DNA of 64,000 bases from an uncultured Nitrososphaerota archaeon (GTDB lineage Archaea > Thermoproteota > Methanomethylicia > Nezhaarchaeales > B40-G2), in NCBI GenBank assembly GCA_964626365.1, contig CAZVDL010000005.1, forward strand, positions 3,075 through 67,074, in the 5' to 3' direction. Positions 57,070-64,000 of the stretch are shown in pieces. Every line of letters starts with the position of its first letter. Position 1 is the first letter of the stretch. The position numbers were made by a program, and so were the translations under genes. The notes beneath the pieces are model-generated. The model ran no database searches. It was not told the origin of the DNA and worked only from the letters and a program-made list of their open reading frames with translations.

Positions 57070-57303
57070 AAGCTGCATAGCAATGATCCAGGAAGCGAGG
57101 CGGCTAAGAGCGTGTGAACCTCAGCTCGAACCTCACGGACGCGGAGGATGTTCGGCGGTCTACGCCTTCTATTCTCATCTAGTCCGGCTTCTTCACGAGT
57201 GGGGGTTTTTAAAGTCGGAGAGCTTGCTTCTTAGCCTCTAGCTCAAATAGGCTGCTCTTTCAGGTTCTCTAGGGATGCTCCCAGGAATACGCGTGTATTA
57301 CCA

Positions 57304-58350
57304 TTAGATCAGCGAAGCCCACCTAGCGCCGCTCCTAGTTATAGGCCCCACTATGTTTAGCTGAAAGCCGCAGTTAGCGCACCTAGAACCCTCCTCCACC
57401 CTCCACGAGGCGAGGTAGAAGCTGTACCTCTCAATGACCAGCTGGCCGCAATTGGGACAATACGTGTGCTCCAGCTTGTGCCCAGGCACGTTGCCTATGT
57501 AAACGTGCTTTAAGCCGGCGTCCATGGCCTTCTCGGCTGCGGCTTCCAGCGTGCTCAACGGGGTTGAGGGCACATCGATTAGCTGATAGTCGGGGTGGAA
57601 CCTTAAAATGTGGAAGGGCGTGTAGGGGCCTAACACTTCCTTTATCCTCGAGGCAAGCCCGTAGACGTCGTCCAGGTTATCGCCGTACTTAGTGACTATG
57701 AGGTCAGTGACCTCCACGAATATCCCTGAGGCCTTCATCTCCCTTAAGGTCTCGAAGATGGGCTCCGGGCTGGGAACCGACATAAACTCTCGGTAGAAGG
57801 AGGGGTTGCCCGAGGCCTTGAAGTCTACGGTGGCCGCGTCTAGGTAGGGCGCTATCGCCTTGACGGCCTCGGGGGTCATGTAGCCGTTGGTGACGAAGGT
57901 ATTGAAGAGCCCCCTCTCCTTAGCCAGCTTGGCTGAGTCATAGGCGTACTCGAAGAATATCGTGGGCTCGGTGTACGTGTAGCTAATCCCCTCGCACCTG
58001 TGTTTAACCGCCTGCTCCACTAACTGCTCGGGTGGCAGGTTCTTCCCTATAACCTCCTCCTCCTGGCTAATCACCCAGTTATCGCAGAAGCGGCATCGAA
58101 AGTTACAGCCTATAGTGGCCACGGAGAACACGGCGGAGCCCGGGCGGTAGTGGTACAGCGGCTTCTTCTCTATGGGGTCTACGTTGGCGGCTATGGCCTT
58201 ACCGTAGACTAGGCTGTAGAGCCTGCCCTCCTTATTGCGCCTCACTCTACAAAAGCCCGTAGAGCCCTCGGGTACTGTGCAGCGCCTATGGCAAAGATTG
58301 CACCTAACCTTCCCTCCACCCAGCTCCTCGTATAACATAGCTTCCTTCAA
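57304..58350 (-). CDS. amrS: AmmeMemoRadiSam-system radical SAM enzyme
   Basis: CNLCHRRC, DPIEKKPLYH, GCNFRCRFCDNW, YTYTEP, VTNGY, RFHPDY, YIGNV..TYCPNC. Confidence 0.9.
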   Translation of the reverse strand: MKEAMLYEELGGGKVRCNLCHRRCTVPEGSTGFCRVRRNKEGRLYSLVYGKAIAANVDPIEKKPLYHYRPGSAVFSVATIGCNFRCRFCDNWVISQEEEVIGKNLPPEQLVEQAVKHRCEGISYTYTEPTIFFEYAYDSAKLAKERGLFNTFVTNGYMTPEAVKAIAPYLDAATVDFKASGNPSFYREFMSVPSPEPIFETLREMKASGIFVEVTDLIVTKYGDNLDDVYGLASRIKEVLGPYTPFHILRFHPDYQLIDVPSTPLSTLEAAAEKAMDAGLKHVYIGNVPGHKLEHTYCPNCGQLVIERYSFYLASWRVEEGSRCANCGFQLNIVGPITRSGARWASLI

Positions 58351-58515
58351 ATCCTAGCCCCAAGCTAAGTTAGCCTACGTGGTTTAAACGGTTTTGGTTA
58401 AAGGCTCCTCGGCTAAGGCTTAAAAACCCCCCATTCAACCCTAAACTGAGGCTCAACTACATCTCGGCGCGCCTTCCACCTCTCCAAGGAAGAATACACC
58501 GCGAGGTGTTTAGCG

Positions 58516-59616
58516 TTGGTGTACCTGGTAGTCACCCACGGGACGAGCTCCATAGATCTATACAGCGTCAGGCTCGCCAATTACCTGAAGGTGCCGCTGC
58601 TCCACACCGACATCTACCAGCGCATTAGGAGACTCTTCAATAAGCCGCTCCTAAGCCCCTACCTCTTCGAGGGCTTCATGTTGCTAAAGGACTTCGTTAA
58701 GAGGCTACGCGAGACACCTGGCATACCCCACCTACCCAACCACCACCTAGGTAGGTTCGGCTACTTTCTAGGCAAGCCCTTCATTATAACCGTCCACGAC
58801 TTAATGAGGTACCTAGACCTTGTAGGAGGCGGGCCCTGCTTAATCCGTAAGCCCAACCTACAGGACGCACTGTGGCTACACCTCGACTACCTCGGTGCCG
58901 TCAAGGCGGCTAAAATAGTCGTCCCCTCCAATCACACTAAGAACGACCTCGTAAGGTACCTTAAGGTGCCCGAGGAGAAGGTGGTGGTCATATACCACGG
59001 CATCGACGAGGCCTTCAAGCCCGTGGAGGGCCCTAGGCCCTGCGAGGAGCCCTACGTGCTCTATGTAGGCTCAGAACACCCCAGAAAAAACCTAGCAACG
59101 CTACTTAAAGCCTTCAAGCTGTTGAAGCAGGACCCCAAGTTTAGGGAGCTGAAGCTCGTTAAGGCCGGCCCCGCGGGCGGGGAGGAGAAGAGCTTTAGGA
59201 GCGACACCATGTCCGTGGTCGAGGCCCTAGGCCTAAAGGGCGACGTGATCTTCGTGGATAGGTGGTTAAGCGTGGAGGAGCTCGCCGCGCTCTATAGTCA
59301 GGCTGAGCTCTTTGCTTTCCCGTCTATCTATGAGGGTTTTGGCTGGCCTCCACTTGAAGCTATGGCCTGTGGCTGCCCAGTAATAGCATCAAACACCACC
59401 AGCCTGCCTGAGGTGCTGGGCGACGCAGCCATGTACGCGGACCCAGCCAGCCCTGAAGCCTGGGCTGAGGCCATGGAGCGCGTGCTGACTGACGATAGGC
59501 TCCGCAGAAAGCTGGCGTCCATGGGGCTGGAGAGGGCTAAGCAGTTCACTTGGAGGAGAGCGGCTGAGCAGCTGCTTAGGGTGTATGAGGAGGTGGAGGA
59601 GCTCTACGGGGCTTAG
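58516..59616 (+). CDS. GT4 family glycosyltransferase
   Basis: ITVHDL, YVGSEHPRKN, PSIYEGFGWPPLEAMACGCPV, SLPEV. Confidence 0.92.
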   Translation: MVYLVVTHGTSSIDLYSVRLANYLKVPLLHTDIYQRIRRLFNKPLLSPYLFEGFMLLKDFVKRLRETPGIPHLPNHHLGRFGYFLGKPFIITVHDLMRYLDLVGGGPCLIRKPNLQDALWLHLDYLGAVKAAKIVVPSNHTKNDLVRYLKVPEEKVVVIYHGIDEAFKPVEGPRPCEEPYVLYVGSEHPRKNLATLLKAFKLLKQDPKFRELKLVKAGPAGGEEKSFRSDTMSVVEALGLKGDVIFVDRWLSVEELAALYSQAELFAFPSIYEGFGWPPLEAMACGCPVIASNTTSLPEVLGDAAMYADPASPEAWAEAMERVLTDDRLRRKLASMGLERAKQFTWRRAAEQLLRVYEEVEELYGA

Positions 59617-60259
59617 GCTTGTACTCGCTTGGCGCAGCCTGCTTCACGGTCCTCCAAGTCCTCCTAACGCAGTCGGGGAGCGAGCCATGCTCCTCGTAGT
59701 AACGGCGGATCCATTCCTCAGTCTTACGGTCTGAGGGGTAGCCACTGCCAAAATCGCCTAGCCGTCTCTTAAGTTCGTCTATGTGTCGGTCCCTAAGCAC
59801 CTTAGCTACTATGGACGCCGCCGAACACTCAACAAACTTCTCGTCGGCGTCGTGCTCGAGTATAAGCTCAGCTTCGGGACAAGCCTCCCTCACAGCGCCC
59901 TCCACGAGCCTCCTAGGACCGAAGAGATCGACCACCACTCTAGCCACCTCGTAGCCCTGAACCCTAAGCTTCACGACCAGCAGCTTCAAGGCCTTCTTGA
60001 CCGCCTCAGCCTCGGCCAGGTTTAAGTTCATGGAGTCTATGACGCTGGGCTCGATGGCCACGACCTCTACGGCGGCCGCCAGCTTCTTTATGGTAGCCGC
60101 TAGCTCCTCCCTCCTAGCTCTAGTCAGCTTCTTGCTGTCCACCACCCCCATGTAGCGTAGGCTGTCTAAGTCCTCCTCCTTAAAGGCGGCGGCCGCCACG
60201 AAGAGGCAGCCAATAGCGCAGCCTCTGCCAGCCTCGTCTACACCAATGGACACCCTCAA
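59576..60259 (-). CDS. rnhB: Ribonuclease HII
   Basis: GVDEAGRG, DSKKL, AASIVAKVLRD, GSGYPSD, VRRTW. Confidence 0.95.
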   Translation of the reverse strand: MRVSIGVDEAGRGCAIGCLFVAAAAFKEEDLDSLRYMGVVDSKKLTRARREELAATIKKLAAAVEVVAIEPSVIDSMNLNLAEAEAVKKALKLLVVKLRVQGYEVARVVVDLFGPRRLVEGAVREACPEAELILEHDADEKFVECSAASIVAKVLRDRHIDELKRRLGDFGSGYPSDRKTEEWIRRYYEEHGSLPDCVRRTWRTVKQAAPSEYKPKPRRAPPPPHTP

Positions 60260-60323
60260 CGTAAGCTACCTTTTTAAGGTGAGCAGGCCACCACCCCTTT
60301 AAGCTTAGCCTCGAGGGGTCTTA

Positions 60324-60860
60324 TTGGCCGAGTTCCGATGCTTAGGCTGTGCTCGCTGTTGTTCAAGCCTCTTAGTGCCGGTTACGAGAGTCGACCTAGC
60401 TAGGTGGATAGCCGTGGGGAGGTTCGACGTGGCGGCCTCCGTGGTGGAGGTGAGAGGGCTGGAGGCCTTAAGGTTCGGCTCCACGCTGATATACGCCCTA
60501 CCGCACGACGAAAGGGGCAGATGTCTCTACCTCGTCGATGGGAGGTGCTCGATCTACAAGGTTAAGCCGCTGGTATGCGACATCTTCCCCTTCGCCTACG
60601 ACCACGCTGCCGATAGGCTTGACCTACACCCTTGGGCCCTAGCCAGGTGCGAGGCTATAGCTAAGGGCTTCTCTGAGGTTAGGGTAGAGGAGAGGGGGAG
60701 GCTCCTAGCTGAGGCTAGAACTGTTTCAAGGGAGCTTAGGAGGGTCGATGAGGTTAAGGGGGAGTACGAGCAGCTCATCGAGGAGGCGCGTAGGAGGGCG
60801 GGCAGAACCCTCAACACGCTAAGCGCTCGACACAAGCCTAGCCCATTCCTCGGCCTTTGA
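60324..60860 (+). CDS. YkgJ family cysteine-cluster protein
   Basis: CLGCARCC, CLYL, CSIY..KPLVCDIFPF. Confidence 0.88.
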   Translation: MAEFRCLGCARCCSSLLVPVTRVDLARWIAVGRFDVAASVVEVRGLEALRFGSTLIYALPHDERGRCLYLVDGRCSIYKVKPLVCDIFPFAYDHAADRLDLHPWALARCEAIAKGFSEVRVEERGRLLAEARTVSRELRRVDEVKGEYEQLIEEARRRAGRTLNTLSARHKPSPFLGL

Positions 60861-61121
60861 TCTACCATAAGCCTTTTCCACAGCCTCCACGTCCACGAGT
60901 TTGCCCGCGTCCTCCCTGCCCAGGGCGTCGATGACGGCGCGAGCCGCATCCTCGAAGCTAAGCCCGCTGACACTGGCCACCTCGAAGACGCCGCTCGCTA
61001 GGTCGCGGAGGTTTTCATACACCGCCTCGCTTGGAAGGCCTGAGGACTTGAGGGCCTCTAGGACCTCCTTAAGCTGCCTTAGCAGGGAGTCCACTATATC
61101 CCTCCTAAGGTAGGCGGGCAT
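60819..61121 (-). CDS. Hypothetical helical protein
   Basis: 100-aa ORF downstream of the PIN-ATPase with typical codon usage. Confidence 0.6.
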   Translation of the reverse strand: MPAYLRRDIVDSLLRQLKEVLEALKSSGLPSEAVYENLRDLASGVFEVASVSGLSFEDAARAVIDALGREDAGKLVDVEAVEKAYGRSKAEEWARLVSSA

Positions 61122-61146
61122 ACCTTGAAGTTAGCGCCACTAAGGC

Positions 61147-62682
61147 TTAAAATTCTTCCAGCAGCGGGTAAACCTCTACCTCGCTTATACCTAGGCTTCT
61201 CCCAGCTTTCATGAGCTTCTTCCTACACTTCTTCATGACCACGGAGGCGTAGCTCTTAGGGACATAGATGGCCACTATGCCCTTCTCGTCTATCTCCACC
61301 CTGTACTCAGGTACATACCTCTTAACTATGTTCTCCACCACCCTCCTAGCCGCCTCCTTGCCCTTAGCCTCCCTCTTAACGGGCACGACGAACGTCTTCT
61401 CTCCGAACACGTACATCTCATACTCAGGCTCCTCGGTTAGGAAATCCCTAACCACGACGACCGGCCTAGCTAAGTCGGCCTCCCTTAGCCCGTGGGGGAC
61501 CTTGATGACCGTCTCAAGGGCGTACACTTTGTCCACCCTTCCGTCCTTTATGAAGATCACGGTGTCGATCACTGAGGGTATCATGCCGAGCTCGACCCTG
61601 CCCACGAAGCGCTGGATGGCATCTATAGGCGTGGTTGCGTGCACCACGCCCACCATGCCCACGCCGGCCAGCCTAAGGTCCGCGAAGAGCTTGAAGTCCT
61701 CGGTGTCCCTCATCTCGTCGAAGATCGTGTAGTCGGGCCTGCTAAGCAGCAATACGTCGTGTATCTCCTCGGAGGTCCCCTTAGACTTGGAGTACTGGGT
61801 GACCTCGCATGGGAGCTGTAAGTCCCTGGGGGCCTCCACCGTCTTGACCACCTTGCCCTTCCTTAAGTAGAACTCGGCCAGCGCCTGGGCGAAGGTGGTC
61901 TTCCCCATCCCCGGCGCGCCGGCTATGAGTATGCCTTCGGCCTGGGCCTCAAGCCTGTTGAGGAGCTTCTTGGGCAGGTTGTAGTCCTCGAGGCCCAACT
62001 TGACTATGGGCCTAACCGCGGTGAGCTCGAGGCCGTCGGAGAACGGCGGCTTAGTTATGACTATCCTGTAGGGGCCGAGCTGGACTATTGTGGAGCCCTC
62101 GCGGTCAGCCTCTATGAAGCCGTCCTCGAAGGTCCTAGCTCTCTCTAAGACCTCCTCAATGAGGCTTTCGAGCTCAGCTCTACTAAAGGGCCACTCCCTG
62201 ATGGTCTCGAACACCCATTTACCGGGGGCTCCACGCTTAACCCTGGGCGGCATGCCCTCCTTGATGTGCACCGACATTACGTCGCCGCTCTCGAAGAACT
62301 CCTCGAGCTTAAGCCTACCTGAAGGCTTCTCGTAAAGCACCCTAATGCCTAGGGCCTCCGCCGTCTTCGCCACCACGTAGTCGCAGGTCACTAGGACAGC
62401 GTCCAGGGAGGCCGCCTTGCTCCTAACCTTCATGTTCAGCTCCTCCACATCCCTAGCTCCACCTCTACCCGTCAACTTGACGTCTACGCCGCACTTTACG
62501 GCGGTTTCCCTAAGCCTCCTGACCTCCTCGAGCCCCCTAAAGTCGCCCATGGCAGCTCTGCGCTCGAACTCCGAGATTATGCCTCTATGTAGCAGTATTT
62601 CCCCGCTAATCCTACCTTCCTCTACCAGCCTAGTTACGGCTCCAGACCTTATAGCTGAGAGATCGGGAATGAACCTATCCAT
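61147..62682 (-). CDS. PIN-domain ATPase (PINA family) with a KH-like C-terminus
   Basis: N-terminal PIN domain, MSVHIKE, GAPGMGKTT Walker A, RPDYTIFDEMR, GVVHAT, DLARPV. Confidence 0.9.
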   Translation of the reverse strand: MDRFIPDLSAIRSGAVTRLVEEGRISGEILLHRGIISEFERRAAMGDFRGLEEVRRLRETAVKCGVDVKLTGRGGARDVEELNMKVRSKAASLDAVLVTCDYVVAKTAEALGIRVLYEKPSGRLKLEEFFESGDVMSVHIKEGMPPRVKRGAPGKWVFETIREWPFSRAELESLIEEVLERARTFEDGFIEADREGSTIVQLGPYRIVITKPPFSDGLELTAVRPIVKLGLEDYNLPKKLLNRLEAQAEGILIAGAPGMGKTTFAQALAEFYLRKGKVVKTVEAPRDLQLPCEVTQYSKSKGTSEEIHDVLLLSRPDYTIFDEMRDTEDFKLFADLRLAGVGMVGVVHATTPIDAIQRFVGRVELGMIPSVIDTVIFIKDGRVDKVYALETVIKVPHGLREADLARPVVVVRDFLTEEPEYEMYVFGEKTFVVPVKREAKGKEAARRVVENIVKRYVPEYRVEIDEKGIVAIYVPKSYASVVMKKCRKKLMKAGRSLGISEVEVYPLLEEF

Positions 62683-62805
62683 CTTCCACGTACTACCCTC
62701 TTTCCTTTTTAGCCACTGACCTCTGGGCTAGGCCGATATAAAGGTTTCCTATCATCGAGACCTCGAAGCTTTTTCAGGAAGCTGGCCTCGCTTTAAGCGA
62801 GCACT

Positions 62806-63438
62806 ATGAGCCCAGCGGTGCTAGGCGTCGATCTAGCTGGCAGTGAAAGAAGACCTACAGGGCTATGCCTGCTGAGGGGGCTTAAAGTAGAGCTGGGCAT
62901 AGCTTGGACCGACCGTGAGATCGTGGAAGCGGCGGTTAAAGGGGCCGCCGACCTCATAGCCATAGACGCCCCCTTAAGCCTACCTAGAGGTAGGCGGAGT
63001 CTGGAGGAGCATAGCCCCCACCATTTAAGGGAATGCGACAGGGAGCTCCTTAAGCGTAGGATAAAGTTCTTTCCCGTCACCCTGGGGCCCATGAGGAAGC
63101 TTACAGCTAGGGGGATGAGGTTGAAGGCTGAGCTGGAGAGCCTAGGCTTCAAGGTCATCGAGGTCTACCCTGGAGGAGCACAAGACGTGCTGGGCATACC
63201 TAGGAAGAGCGAGGGCAAGGATAAGCTGTATGAGGGGCTCGCTAAGCTAGGCCTGGAAGGGCTTAAGCCCGACGCCTCGGACCACGAGCTCGACGCCGTA
63301 ACCGCGGCTATAGTGGGAGCTCTCTACCTGCTGGGCCTACACGAGGACTACGGCGACCCTAAGGAGGGGATCATAGTGATGCCCAAGCAGGGCTTAACGT
63401 CGGAGCTCCTAGCATCAAAGCTCAGGACTCTAGCTTAG
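62806..63438 (+). CDS. DUF429 family protein (predicted RNase H-like nuclease)
   Basis: LGVDLAG, IAIDAPLS, RECDREL, IEVYP, HELDA. Confidence 0.85.
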   Translation: MSPAVLGVDLAGSERRPTGLCLLRGLKVELGIAWTDREIVEAAVKGAADLIAIDAPLSLPRGRRSLEEHSPHHLRECDRELLKRRIKFFPVTLGPMRKLTARGMRLKAELESLGFKVIEVYPGGAQDVLGIPRKSEGKDKLYEGLAKLGLEGLKPDASDHELDAVTAAIVGALYLLGLHEDYGDPKEGIIVMPKQGLTSELLASKLRTLA

Positions 63439-63639
63439 AGAGGACCCCTTAGCCTCCCTAAGCTTTATCGCGGAGACCGCCTCTGAGGCCTCCCTCGCGC
63501 TCGACGCGTAGGCCAACACCTGGACCTTCGACACCTCGTTGACCTGGCCACAGTATGGGCAGCGCCTCTTAGAGTACGAGGCCATGGTCGCCTGGACCTG
63601 GCCACAGTGGCGACACCTAAAGACCACGTACCTGGACAT
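63430..63639 (-). CDS. DUF1922-like zinc finger protein
   Basis: YVVFRCRHCG..RCPYCG..SAREASEAV. Confidence 0.75.
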   Translation of the reverse strand: MSRYVVFRCRHCGQVQATMASYSKRRCPYCGQVNEVSKVQVLAYASSAREASEAVSAIKLREAKGSSLS

Positions 63640-63700
63640 CAGGCCTGGTTAGCGGCGCTCGACTTATTAACTTTCAACTTGAAGCTTAAGGAGAGCGGAG

Positions 63701-64000
63701 TTGACGTCGATAGCTGACATGGTCAGGGACTCCGTTAAGCCGCTAAGGCCCTACGAGGCCTTCGAGCCTCCTCCAGGCGTCATCGAGCTAGACGCCAACG
63801 AAAACCTGGTGATCGACGAGGCCTGGGCTAAGGCCGTGCTCATCGAGGCGGCTAAATCGGTGGACCCTAGGCTCTACCCTAAGGCCTATGGAGGGGAGGC
63901 GTTAAGGGCGCTTAGCGAGCACCTAGGAGTTGATGAGCGTAACCTGGCGGTCAGCAACGGCTCAGACGAACTGATAGAGATGGCCGTGAAGGCTTTCATA
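63701..64000 (+). CDS. hisC: Histidinol-phosphate aminotransferase-like protein, N-terminal part (runs off the window edge)
   Basis: TTG 63701: ...VKPLRPY..IELDANEN..RLYP..LAVSNGSDELIEM. Could instead be CobD. Confidence 0.78.
   Translation, partial: MTSIADMVRDSVKPLRPYEAFEPPPGVIELDANENLVIDEAWAKAVLIEAAKSVDPRLYPKAYGGEALRALSEHLGVDERNLAVSNGSDELIEMAVKAFI

Noticed and set aside
57145..57200. Second C/D sRNA candidate on the minus strand (GTGAAGA..ATGA..CCGA)
   Set aside because: No convincing C' box or terminal stem, and the nearest TATA box is too close.
203..63158. Many Ser/Thr/Pro-rich antisense or alternate-frame ORFs in the track (e.g. 9675-10310, 44197-44814, 47622-48308)
   Set aside because: These are shadows of well-supported genes on the opposite strand or frame, with no motifs or RBS.
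1..64000. CRISPR array, rRNA or tRNA genes
   Set aside because: No regularly spaced repeats, rRNA-like stretch or cloverleaf with T-loop consensus was seen in any intergenic gap.

Overview
A 64-kb, gene-dense, GC-rich archaeal chromosomal segment with about 80 CDS and many TTG/GTG starts. The gene set (hdrA/hdrCB, SepCysN-fused SepCysS, single-OB SSB, PINA, aPelota, PAC2, ZPR1) suggests an anaerobic, probably thermophilic Thermoproteota lineage such as Nezhaarchaeota or Culexarchaeia; this taxonomy is inference. Most of the window is housekeeping or metabolic. It includes heterodisulfide reductase subunits, sulfide-type Thi4, two cytoplasmic acetylene-hydratase-like Mo/W-bisPGD enzymes, an Fe-S sulfur-transfer cluster (Ubl-ttuA-thiI-larE divergent from pscS), proteostasis and glycosylation genes, ilvC/ilvD/leuC, a DtxR-Feo iron cassette, and a small island with a resolvase and a CBS pseudogene. 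I found no rRNA, tRNA or CRISPR array. The best leads are missing from the ORF track: (1) a 25-30 aa ORF ending in an RGPP arrest-like motif, with its own promoter and SD, divergent from an HTH gene across a GAGAA-repeat array; (2) near-identical DNA tracts shared by two otherwise divergent Mo/W enzyme paralogs; (3) a C/D-box sRNA candidate with covarying C'/D' boxes; (4) a HAD gene that appears to need an ATA start; (5) a ubiquitin-like carrier with a masked Gly-Gly terminus. All calls come from reading the sequence and recognising motifs; no searches were run.
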